Assembly (NCBI GenBank): GCA_944371905.1
Contig: CALVYA010000001.1
Coordinates: 5,627-69,626, forward strand
Direction: 5' to 3'
DNA from: an uncultured Bacilli bacterium
GTDB lineage: Bacteria > Bacillota_I > Bacilli_A > RF39 > UBA660
Length of the DNA: 64,000 bases
The first letter of the stretch is position 1; the number at the start of each line of letters is the position of its first letter. The notes under the pieces were generated by a model that was not told where the DNA came from, did no database searches, and saw only the letters and a list, made by a program, of their open reading frames with translations. Position numbers and translations under genes: made by a program. Below, piece by piece: positions 39,217 through 47,973 of this stretch.

Positions 39217-40476
39217 ATGAGATTTTTTGATGGTTTTTTATTAAATACAATTTTACTTTTATTTCCATTATTTTTATATCTTATTTATGTAGCATACCAA
39301 AAAACAACAAATCGTGAAACGACGAATCAATTTTTTGAAATTGCATTATTTTTATCTATATTTTTAATTAGTCGTTATGGATATTTTAAAGATAATTGTT
39401 ATATATCAATTTTAATTAACATTCCTTTATTGTTTGCTTATTTGAAAGGAAGAAAATTAATTGCGATCATTATTTCTATTATTTTGATTTTTCACTATAT
39501 TATTGTATTTAATTATAGTCCTAGTATTGTTATTTTTGAATACTGTACTTATTTTATATTGTATATTCTATCAAGAAAAAAGAATATTACTTCTAATTAT
39601 ATTATTAATAGTTTTACAATTATTAAAGCTTTTATTTTATCTTTTTTTACGTTTTACTTTATTGCTCCTACTAATGTAGTATGGTTAAATCTTTTGAATA
39701 TTATTTTATCCATTGGCGTTTTTTATGTAGCCGCTATCTTTTATTATAAATTAATCGGAAAAATAGAAGATATGGTAACGATTAATAATACTTTGAAAGA
39801 ATTAGAAAAGGAAAAAACAATTAGAAATTCGTTATTTAAAATCACTCACGAAATAAAAAATCCAATCGCAGTATGTAAAGGATATCTAGATATGATGGAT
39901 CTAGATAATAAAAAGAAAGTAAATAAATATATTCCTATTATTAAAAGTGAAATTAATAGGACTTTATCTCTGATGGATGATTATTTAGATTTTTCAAGGG
40001 TAAAAATAGAGAAAGATATTATAGATATCATTATGTTAATAGAAGATACTGCTAGATCGATGGATTTATTATTAAAAGATAAAAATATCAATACTTGTTT
40101 TGATATTATAGATGATGAAGTATATATGATGGCTGATTATAATAGATTAAAGCAGGTTTTAGTTAACATCTTAAAAAATAGTATGGAAGCAAAAATAGAA
40201 AATCAATTATTAACAATAAATATAAAAACTGAATTGACTAAAGATAAAATAAAAATAATAATTAGCGACGATGGCATTGGTATGACTAGAGAAGAATTAG
40301 AACATTTAGGAGAAGTTTTCTATACTACGAAATACAACGGAACTGGAATAGGAGTCAATTTATCTAAAGAGATTATTGAAAGACATAATGGAACACTTAC
40401 TTATGAGTCAGAGAAGTATATTGGTACTAATGTAATTATCGAGTTACCTATCGATCCAGAACTAAATAGTTGTTAG
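39217..40476 (+). CDS. orphan membrane sensor histidine kinase
   Basis: Polytopic N-terminal domain. H-box ITHEIKNPIAVCKGYLDMM. HATPase_c N, G1 and G2 boxes (IISDDGIGM, GTGIGVNL). ATG 39217 has SD GAAGG; the track start 39193 overlaps the -10 element. No cognate response regulator adjacent. Confidence 0.8.
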   Translation: MRFFDGFLLNTILLLFPLFLYLIYVAYQKTTNRETTNQFFEIALFLSIFLISRYGYFKDNCYISILINIPLLFAYLKGRKLIAIIISIILIFHYIIVFNYSPSIVIFEYCTYFILYILSRKKNITSNYIINSFTIIKAFILSFFTFYFIAPTNVVWLNLLNIILSIGVFYVAAIFYYKLIGKIEDMVTINNTLKELEKEKTIRNSLFKITHEIKNPIAVCKGYLDMMDLDNKKKVNKYIPIIKSEINRTLSLMDDYLDFSRVKIEKDIIDIIMLIEDTARSMDLLLKDKNINTCFDIIDDEVYMMADYNRLKQVLVNILKNSMEAKIENQLLTINIKTELTKDKIKIIISDDGIGMTREELEHLGEVFYTTKYNGTGIGVNLSKEIIERHNGTLTYESEKYIGTNVIIELPIDPELNSC

Positions 40477-40478
40477 TA

Positions 40479-40507
40479 TTGACAAAATCGACAAAATGGT
40501 GTATAAT
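40479..40507 (+). promoter_or_regulatory. sigma-A-type promoter TTGACA-17-TATAAT with an embedded 0A-box-like TCGACAA
   Basis: Canonical -35/-10 with exactly 17-nt spacing, 28 nt upstream of the 40535 start. Confidence 0.55.
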
Positions 40508-40534
40508 AACAACTATCTTTAAGGGGGAGTTTTA

Positions 40535-40894
40535 ATGAACGTAAAAAGATTAAAAGCTAACGTTTCAAAAATAGCAAGAGAAAAATATCATCTTAGTGAA
40601 AAAGGTATTGAAGGATATTGGGATAATAAAGTTAAAGAGGAAAATTATCAAAACAAAAAGAATGCTATTACATATTTAGGTGCTGGAGGTATAGTTGGCA
40701 CAGCTATATTTAGTTGTTATGATGCGTTTGCAGCTGGTTTTGATTGCTTAATTCCTATTGCTATTGCAGGAGGAGTATCTGTTTTAACTACAGCTATCTC
40801 TTTAGCTAAGAAAAATCCTTATACTAAAGCTAAATATGAAGAAATAGACGAAGTTTATGAAGAAGAAAAAGCAAAATTAAAAAGAAGAAAATAA
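40535..40894 (+). CDS. hypothetical small membrane protein
   Basis: 119 aa with a central Gly/Ala-rich TM hairpin and charged termini. Confidence 0.4.
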   Translation: MNVKRLKANVSKIAREKYHLSEKGIEGYWDNKVKEENYQNKKNAITYLGAGGIVGTAIFSCYDAFAAGFDCLIPIAIAGGVSVLTTAISLAKKNPYTKAKYEEIDEVYEEEKAKLKRRK

Positions 40895-40899
40895 AGTAT

Positions 40900-40934
40900 A
40901 GAAGTGAATTCTTGATGGAATTCACTTTTTTATA
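40900..40934 (+). terminator. rho-independent terminator
   Basis: Stem aagtgaattc / gaattcactt followed by a T-run. Confidence 0.6.
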
Positions 40935-41001
40935 TATGTTTTGATCTTTCATATAAAAAATAGTATAATATTAATGAATATATAATAAGGGATAGATACT
41001 T

Positions 41002-42108
41002 ATGGAAAAAGAAAAAAAAGGAAAGAAAATTTGGAAATATTTAATTATAATATTATTAATATTATTGGTAATTTCTTTAATAATAGGAGGTTATTTTTTA
41101 AAATTATATTTATATCCTACAGTATCATTTTCATTAAAGGGAGAAGAGAAGTATCTATTATCTTATGGTGATAAATATGAAGAAGCAGGAGCAGAAGCTA
41201 AAGTTAATGGGAAGGATTATAATAATAAAATAAAAATAGATGATAGCAAAGTTAAAATAGATGAATTAGGCGAATATAAAATTAATTATAGTATTACTTT
41301 ACCAAATGGGAAACAAGAAAATTTAGAGAGAATTATAAAAGTAGTGGATGATATTAAACCAGAAATTAAATTAAAAGGAGATAATCCTATAAAAATAAGT
41401 TATGGATCTACTTTTACTGAACCTGGATATGAAGTATCAGATAACTATGATGAAAGTGATACTCTAAAAGTAGAAGTTACTTATGACAGGACAATTAATA
41501 CTAAAGAGTCAGGGACTTATCAAATTACTTATACAGTTACAGATAGTAATCATAATTCTAATAGTATAGTGCGTGAGGTTATTGTAAGCCCTAGAATTGT
41601 AGTAATAAATGGAATTACTTATGTAGAAGGAATATTAATTGTAAACAAGAAGTATTCTCTTCCTGCTAATTATAATCCAGGTGAGAATAAGGAAGCAGCA
41701 AACCAATTATATTTAATGAGGATGGAAGCTGCTAAATATGGATATGATTTAAGATATTGTTCAGGATTTAGATCTTATAATTATCAAACTAATTTATATA
41801 ACAATTATGTAAAAAAATATGGTCAAGCTATGACGGATACTTTCTCAGCAAAACCAGGTCACTCTGAACATCAAACAGGACTTGCCTTTGATATTGGTGC
41901 AATTGATGATAATTTTGGTGATACAGAAACTGGTAAATGGTTAGCGATTAATGCTCATAAATATGGTTTTATTATTCGCTATCCAAAAGGAAAACAGGAT
42001 GTAACAGGATATAAATATGAACCTTGGCATGTAAGATATTTAGGAGTAGAACTAGCTACTAAAGTATACAAAAGTGGATTAACCTTGGAAGAATATTTAA
42101 ATATTTAG
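41002..42108 (+). CDS. membrane-anchored D-Ala-D-Ala carboxypeptidase (peptidase M15B / VanY-like) with Ig-like (DUF5011-type) domains
   Basis: N-terminal TM helix, two Ig-like repeats (KPEIKLKGDNPIKISYGSTFTEPGYEVSDNYD...). C-terminal M15 motifs SGFRSYNYQ, HSEHQTGLAFDI and EPWHVRY. Confidence 0.75.
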   Translation: MEKEKKGKKIWKYLIIILLILLVISLIIGGYFLKLYLYPTVSFSLKGEEKYLLSYGDKYEEAGAEAKVNGKDYNNKIKIDDSKVKIDELGEYKINYSITLPNGKQENLERIIKVVDDIKPEIKLKGDNPIKISYGSTFTEPGYEVSDNYDESDTLKVEVTYDRTINTKESGTYQITYTVTDSNHNSNSIVREVIVSPRIVVINGITYVEGILIVNKKYSLPANYNPGENKEAANQLYLMRMEAAKYGYDLRYCSGFRSYNYQTNLYNNYVKKYGQAMTDTFSAKPGHSEHQTGLAFDIGAIDDNFGDTETGKWLAINAHKYGFIIRYPKGKQDVTGYKYEPWHVRYLGVELATKVYKSGLTLEEYLNI

Positions 42109-42136
42109 AATTGATGAATATCAATTCTTTTTTTAT
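42107..42136 (+). terminator. rho-independent terminator
   Basis: Hairpin agaattgatgaatatcaattct followed by a T7 run. Confidence 0.6.
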
Positions 42137-42256
42137 TCAATTTTATAATATGATGAGTATTGAAAAAGTTATTTTTGGTTAAAAATATTATTCTCTGTCA
42201 AGCAAGATGTAAAGAGAGAGATCCTTTAAAAATTATATTGAAAATTATCTGGTTGA

Positions 42257-42268
42257 GGGGGGGGGGGG
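42257..42268 (+). repeat. G12 homopolymeric tract immediately 5' of a TATAAT -10 hexamer
   Basis: ggttgaGGGGGGGGGGGGtataatg. An extreme outlier in a genome this AT-rich. Classic contingency-locus architecture. Confidence 0.8.
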
Positions 42269-42342
42269 TATAATGTATATGAGATAAACTAAAGCGGAGT
42301 GATAAAGATGTATAGAAGTAAGAAAATATAAACATAGGAGTT

Positions 42343-43797
42343 ATGTGTGCCTTGGTGCTAGTAATGGTAGTAGTGTATGCTGCATTTATGACCAGATTAA
42401 CAATTAATGGAACAGGTAATATAACAAGTACTTGGAGTATAGAAATAACTTCTATCACTAGTAGTATTACAGGAACAGCTTATAACATAAGTGAACCAAG
42501 TTATAATAGTACCAGTGCTACTTTTAATGCAGGATTAAGAAAGCCAGGAGATAAGATAGAATATAGTATAACCATAAAGAACAGTGGAAGTGTAGATGCC
42601 ATCATCAATGAAGTAAATATTAAAACCACAGGAAGTTATGTAATCATATACACAATAGAAGAAATACAGAATCAAGAAAGATTAACGTCAGGTGCTAGTA
42701 AGACATTTAAAATCATAGTAGAATTTGATAGAGAGGCAACTTCTATACCAAGTGATACAACAAAAGAATTAATCATGGATATTGAGTGTATTCAAGATGA
42801 TGGTCAACAATTAACTCCAAGTGATCCTAATATAGATAATGAAGATACGGGAAAACCAACATTAGTAAATGCAATATTAAAGAATAATCAAGCCCAAAGT
42901 GATGAGAATATAAATTTTATTTATACAAGTGAACAAGATGGAACGAAAGGATTATATTATACAAATACTAATACAGAAGACAACAAAACAACATATTACT
43001 TTAGAGGAGCAGTAGAGAATAACTATGTGAGCTTTGCAGGATTTTATTGGAGAATCATAAGAATCAATGAAGATGGAACAGTCAGATTAATCTATCAAGG
43101 AACAACACCAACAGCAACTGGAAACGAAGCAACAATAGGTAGTAGTGAATTTAACACTAACTCTCATGACAATGCGTATGTGGGATATATGTATGGAACA
43201 CCAGGAAGTAGCACATACGAAGAAACACACTCCAATATTAATAATAGTACCGTAAAAGGAGTAGTAGATACGTGGTATAAAAATAATTTGTTGAATAATT
43301 ATTCAGCTTATATAGCAGACTCAGGGGTTTGTGGAGATCGAAGTTTATTTACAGGAACAGGAGTTGGTGCTACTAATGAAACATCATATGGCCCATATAA
43401 GAGATTAAATGCAGGTACGGGTGATCGGGAGCCACAATTTTCCTGTCCACAAAGTAATGATTTATATACAACTTCTAGTAGCAATAAAGGAAATAAAGCA
43501 TTAGATTATCCAATAGGATTAATAACAGCGGATGAAGTAGCATATGCTGGTGGAAGTGCAAATTCTGAAAACAATAGCAATTATTTAAATTCCAGTGTTG
43601 GTTGGACCATGTCACCATATGAACTTCATTGGGTTCCAGATGAGTATATTGCTGTTAATTTTACGGAATTAACTACTAATAATGTGCATAACAGTGCTGG
43701 AATTAGGCCAGTCATCAATCTGAAATCAACTGTAGAAATAACTAGCGGAGACGGAACCAGTTCTAATCTATACGTAATTAAAACCGCAAATTTTTAG
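42343..43797 (+). CDS. TasA/camelysin (peptidase M73)-like N-terminal domain protein with large C-terminal extension; N-terminal signal peptide apparently disrupted by a frameshift
   Basis: VYA|AF junction and FNAGLRKPGDKIEYSITIKNSGSVDAIINEV resemble the TasA/CalY mature N-terminus (TWA|AF ...NLKPGDKLTKDFQFENNGSLAIKEV). The 6-aa ORF MYRSKKI at 42308..42331 in another frame would complete a SipW-type signal peptide. Confidence 0.5.
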   Translation: MCALVLVMVVVYAAFMTRLTINGTGNITSTWSIEITSITSSITGTAYNISEPSYNSTSATFNAGLRKPGDKIEYSITIKNSGSVDAIINEVNIKTTGSYVIIYTIEEIQNQERLTSGASKTFKIIVEFDREATSIPSDTTKELIMDIECIQDDGQQLTPSDPNIDNEDTGKPTLVNAILKNNQAQSDENINFIYTSEQDGTKGLYYTNTNTEDNKTTYYFRGAVENNYVSFAGFYWRIIRINEDGTVRLIYQGTTPTATGNEATIGSSEFNTNSHDNAYVGYMYGTPGSSTYEETHSNINNSTVKGVVDTWYKNNLLNNYSAYIADSGVCGDRSLFTGTGVGATNETSYGPYKRLNAGTGDREPQFSCPQSNDLYTTSSSNKGNKALDYPIGLITADEVAYAGGSANSENNSNYLNSSVGWTMSPYELHWVPDEYIAVNFTELTTNNVHNSAGIRPVINLKSTVEITSGDGTSSNLYVIKTANF

Positions 43798-44262
43798 ACT
43801 AAATTCCGTTTTTTAACGAAATTTTTTCTTTTTCATATTAATTACCGTTTTTATAACGATAAACGGAAATAAACTTGATAAAAATTCTAATTTTAACGAA
43901 TAATTATATAAATTATTCCACGACAAAAATACGGAGGTTATTTCCGTTTTTCAAACTTATTGCCGTTTTTTAAATATTACTAGAATAGTAAAGAGTTTAA
44001 AAACTGCATTTATCTATTGATAACAAACAAAGATGGACTTTGTTTGTGTTACTTATTATAATCAATGAAATTTAAAAATCAAGGGTTTTATAAACTCATT
44101 TCATTCGCCCTTGATTTTACATTTCATTATACTATAATCAGACTTATTGCCGTTTTTTTAATAAAGCGGAATTCCAAATGAAAATTAACGATACGTAATT
44201 AAAACTAATTAAAAGAGTAGTAATTACTCTTTTTTTTTGTTATAATTTTAAAAGGTGGTATT
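43798..44262. repeat. 465-bp non-coding region with at least five direct copies of ATTNCCGTTTTT and two strong hairpins
   Basis: Motif copies at about 43802, 43841, 43940, 43961 and 44146, plus an inverted copy at 43857. Hairpin acaaacaaag-atgga-ctttgtttgt near 44021..44050. Stem aatcaaggg / cccttgatt with a 24-nt loop at about 44077. Confidence 0.5.
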
Positions 44263-45390
44263 ATGATATATTTAGATTATTCTGCAACAACTCCTGTGAA
44301 TGAAGAAGTATTAGATACATTTGTAAAAGTATCACGTGATTTTCCAGGAAATCCTAATTCTCTACATAGTCTAGGAGTATCTTCAAGAGAGTTAATAGAT
44401 GCTTCTACTAAACAAATAGCAGATATCCTAAAAGTAAAACCTAGTGAAATTATTTATACTAGTGGAGCTAGCGAATCTAATAATACAGCAATCAAAGGAA
44501 TTTGCTTACAATATCAAAATAGAGGTAAACATATCATTACAACTAATTTTGAACATTCTTCTATTTATGGACCAATTAGTTATTTGCAAACATTAGGTTT
44601 TGAAGTAGATTTTGTAAAAACAGATGCTAATGGAATTGTTGATTTAGATGATCTAAAAAGTCTTTTAAGAGATGATACTATTTTAGTATCAATTACAGCT
44701 GTAAATAGTGAAATAGGAATTGTAGAACCTATTGAAGAGATAGGGAAAATATTAAAAGATTATCCTAAGTGTTTTTTTCATTCTGATTTAACTCAAATAA
44801 TAGGGAAAAAAGAAATTAATTTAGAAAATGTTGATTTAGCTAGTTTTTCTGCTCATAAATTCTTTGGATTAAAAGGAATAGGAGGACTTATAAAAAAAGA
44901 CAAGATAAATTTAGTACCGTTAATTCACGGGGGAAAGAGTACGACTATTTATAGAAGTGGAACCCCAGCAGTAGCACTTATTGCATCTTTTGCTAAAGCT
45001 TTAAGATTGGCTTATGTTGATATAGAGAAACATTATAATTATGTTACCAAACTAAATAATATGGTGAAAGAAGAACTTGAAAAATATTCAAACATCCATA
45101 TTAATAGTAATAATAAATGCTCACCATATATATTAAATCTTAGTGTGATGGGAATAAAACCGGAGACCATGCTTCATGCTTTGGAAGAAGAAGAGATATT
45201 TATATCAACACAGACAGCATGTTCTAGTGGTAATTCTTATTCGAAAGCAGTATATAGTTTAACTAATGATAAAGAATTAGCATCTAGCAGTATTCGTATA
45301 AGTTTATCTTATGTTACTAAAGAAGAAGAAATAAAAATATTTTTAGATAAATTTATCAAGATAGTCGATAAATTATCATTAAGGAGTTAA
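44263..45390 (+). CDS. cysteine desulfurase (class V aminotransferase, NifS/IscS-like)
   Basis: LDYSATTPV N-terminus, PLP-lysine motif SFSAHKFFG, active-Cys loop QTACSSGNS. 375 aa. Confidence 0.8.
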   Translation: MIYLDYSATTPVNEEVLDTFVKVSRDFPGNPNSLHSLGVSSRELIDASTKQIADILKVKPSEIIYTSGASESNNTAIKGICLQYQNRGKHIITTNFEHSSIYGPISYLQTLGFEVDFVKTDANGIVDLDDLKSLLRDDTILVSITAVNSEIGIVEPIEEIGKILKDYPKCFFHSDLTQIIGKKEINLENVDLASFSAHKFFGLKGIGGLIKKDKINLVPLIHGGKSTTIYRSGTPAVALIASFAKALRLAYVDIEKHYNYVTKLNNMVKEELEKYSNIHINSNNKCSPYILNLSVMGIKPETMLHALEEEEIFISTQTACSSGNSYSKAVYSLTNDKELASSSIRISLSYVTKEEEIKIFLDKFIKIVDKLSLRS

Positions 45391-45391
45391 T

Positions 45392-45655
45392 ATGAAAATA
45401 ATAAAAATAAATGCTATGTGGTGCAGTGGTTGTTTATCTATGCATAAAATATGGAAAAAAATTGAGGAAGAATATCAAGATATAGAAATTATTACTTATG
45501 ATTATGATATGGATGAAGATATTGTGAAAACATATAATGTGGGAAATATTTTGCCGGTTGCTATATTTTATGATAACAATGAAGAAGTAGCTAGATTAAA
45601 TGGTGAGAAGAGTAAAGAAGAAATAGAAGAAGTAATTAATAAATACAGTAGGTGA
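45392..45655 (+). CDS. small thioredoxin-fold protein (CSGC active site)
   Basis: 87 aa with WCSGC redox motif. Start is 1 nt after the desulfurase stop. Confidence 0.6.
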   Translation: MKIIKINAMWCSGCLSMHKIWKKIEEEYQDIEIITYDYDMDEDIVKTYNVGNILPVAIFYDNNEEVARLNGEKSKEEIEEVINKYSR

Positions 45656-45660
45656 TGTTT

Positions 45661-46863
45661 GTGAAGAAATTTTTAATTTTATTAATTGCATTATTACTAG
45701 TAATACCAACAAGTGTAAATGCTAGCGAGACAGTAATTGATATTTATTTATTTTATTCTAATACCTGTCCTCATTGTGCTAGAGAAAAAGAATATTTAAG
45801 TGATTTGCAAGAGAATGATCCTAATATTAATGTCTATATGTATGAAGTAAGTGAGAATCAAGATAATAGTGATCTTTTGGATAAAGTACAAACATTAATT
45901 GATGGAGAGACTCCTTATATACCATATACAGTTATAGGTAGCCAGTATCGAGTTGGTTTTAATAATTCAACTAAATTAGAAATAGAGAATATTATAAAGA
46001 CATATCGTGAAGGTGGGTATGTTAATGTTGTTGGAGGAATCATTGATGGCAGTATAACCGAAGATAATATAAATACTTATTTGGAAGAAAGTGAAGTAGA
46101 GGTGGATGATACTGTAGATATTCCACTTTTAGGTAAGGTAGATCCAAAAAGTGTTAGCCTACCAATTCTTTCTATAGTAATGGGGCTTGTTGATGGATTT
46201 AATCCATGTGCTATGTGGGTATTAATATTTTTAATTAGTATGTTACTTAATATGAAAGATAAGAAAAGAATGTGGTTTTTAGGGGTATCTTTCTTACTAA
46301 CTTCATCGATGGTATATCTTTTATTTATGTTAGCATGGTTAAATATTGTTATGAGTATATCAGAAATAAGATGGGTTCAAATATTAATTGCTTTAGTTGC
46401 AGTAATAGGGGGATTAATCAATTTACGAAGTTATTATCGTGAACGTAAGAAAGACGCTGGATGTGTTGTAGTAAATGATGAGAAAAGAAAGAAAATATTT
46501 GATAGAATAAAGAAGTTTACGCATGAGAAAAGTATTATTTTAGCAACCATTGGTGTAATTGCTTTAGCGGTATCAGTAAATATTGTAGAACTTGCTTGTT
46601 CAGCAGGATTACCCGTGTTATTTACTAATATTTTAGCAATTAATAATTTAGATCAAACAGTCTCAATCATTTATATTTTAATTTATGTGTTCTTCTTTAT
46701 GTTAGATGACTTAATTGTTTTTGCTGTTGCTATGTTTACACTACAAGTTACAGGAGTAACTACGAAATATACAAAATATACTCACTTAATAGGTGGAATA
46801 ATCATGTTATTAATAGGATTATTACTAATTATTAAACCGGAGTGGATTATGTTTAATTTTTAG
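45661..46863 (+). CDS. extracytoplasmic thioredoxin-like domain fused to a CcdA/DsbD-type transmembrane electron-transfer domain
   Basis: Signal peptide. CPHC thioredoxin motif. Membrane domain with the two conserved CcdA cysteines (FNPCAMWVL and ELACSAGLP). The most plausible start is GTG 45661 (MKKFLILL...), 6 nt after SD AGGTGA. The track start at 45652 overlaps the upstream stop. Confidence 0.7.
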   Translation: MKKFLILLIALLLVIPTSVNASETVIDIYLFYSNTCPHCAREKEYLSDLQENDPNINVYMYEVSENQDNSDLLDKVQTLIDGETPYIPYTVIGSQYRVGFNNSTKLEIENIIKTYREGGYVNVVGGIIDGSITEDNINTYLEESEVEVDDTVDIPLLGKVDPKSVSLPILSIVMGLVDGFNPCAMWVLIFLISMLLNMKDKKRMWFLGVSFLLTSSMVYLLFMLAWLNIVMSISEIRWVQILIALVAVIGGLINLRSYYRERKKDAGCVVVNDEKRKKIFDRIKKFTHEKSIILATIGVIALAVSVNIVELACSAGLPVLFTNILAINNLDQTVSIIYILIYVFFFMLDDLIVFAVAMFTLQVTGVTTKYTKYTHLIGGIIMLLIGLLLIIKPEWIMFNF

Positions 46864-46912
46864 TTTACAAAAACAAAATTTCATGTTAAAATACGTATGA
46901 ATTTTAATTAAG

Positions 46913-46957
46913 AAAAGCGCTAGTACAGGCTTTAATAGGGTACTTGCGCTTTTTTGT
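46913..46957 (+). terminator. rho-independent terminator
   Basis: Stem aaagcgctagtac / gtacttgcgcttt followed by a T-run. Confidence 0.55.
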
Positions 46958-46975
46958 GTTGTAATAGGGGGATAT

Positions 46976-47956
46976 ATGAATATTTTAGCAAAGGAACAAA
47001 AGATGATTTTTGAAGAAGGAATCACTAGTGAAGAAAGAGAAAAACGTAAAGAAGAATTTTTAAAATTATATTATCAATTAAGAGAACAAAATGATGATAA
47101 GTTTTATAGTAAATTGACTTTGGCCCAAAGAGAGAAGATCCACAAATATATTCTTTTAGTATATAAAACAAAAAATAGATTTGGTGGTTTTTCCTATGAT
47201 TTAATCAAAGATGAAAGAGAAAAAACGGATAGACCAATTATTTTTGCTATAACTCATGTTGGAAAGTTTGATATAGAAGTTGTAAGTGAACCAATAAAAG
47301 AACATTATTACTTATTATCTGGAGATTTTGAACATATTCAGGGAATCATTGATGCACCTTTTTTGGGATTAAATGGGGTTATATATTTTAATGAAATAGT
47401 AAAAGAAGATCGCGTCAATGCAACAAATAAAATGATCGAACTTTTAAAAGAAAATGGGAATCTAATGTATTTTCCAGAAGGAACATGGAATCTTTCTCCT
47501 AATTTACCAGTTCTTCCATGTTATTGGGGAATTGTTGATGTAGCAAGAAAGGGGAATGCCATAATAGTCCCTGTTGCGGCTGAACAATATGGTAAGCATT
47601 TTAAAGTTAATATAGGTAAAAATATTGATATGAATTTGTATGGGGAAGGAACTCTTGAAAAAACAAGGGCAATTAATGATTTGAGAGATACTTTAGCTAC
47701 TTTAAAATGGGAAATATGGGAAAGTATGCCTATTCAAAAAAGAAATGAATTACCAGAAGATACTTGGACACAATACATTGAAAACAGATTTAGCGAATGG
47801 CCATATTTCAATACAGAGTACATTAATAGGTTAATTTACAAACCTAAAGATGTTGTAGAAAGAGAAGAAGTTTATGGTCCAGTAAAAAAACTAATACCGA
47901 ATAGAAATAATGCATTTTTATATAATAAAAGATTAAAAGATAATATTTTTGATTAG
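46976..47956 (+). CDS. lysophospholipid acyltransferase (LPLAT/PlsC-like) family protein
   Basis: HxxxxD motif (ITHVGKFD) and FPEGT motif (MYFPEGTWN) of glycerolipid acyltransferases. 326 aa. Confidence 0.55.
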   Translation: MNILAKEQKMIFEEGITSEEREKRKEEFLKLYYQLREQNDDKFYSKLTLAQREKIHKYILLVYKTKNRFGGFSYDLIKDEREKTDRPIIFAITHVGKFDIEVVSEPIKEHYYLLSGDFEHIQGIIDAPFLGLNGVIYFNEIVKEDRVNATNKMIELLKENGNLMYFPEGTWNLSPNLPVLPCYWGIVDVARKGNAIIVPVAAEQYGKHFKVNIGKNIDMNLYGEGTLEKTRAINDLRDTLATLKWEIWESMPIQKRNELPEDTWTQYIENRFSEWPYFNTEYINRLIYKPKDVVEREEVYGPVKKLIPNRNNAFLYNKRLKDNIFD

Positions 47957-47973
47957 TAGTAGGAGGAAGTAAA

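Noticed and set aside
42198-42458. Minus-strand 86-aa ORF spanning the G12 tract (would encode a poly-Pro run)
   Set aside because: It spans a promoter and the 5' end of the TasA-like gene. No SD. The poly-Pro is just the translated C12 tract.
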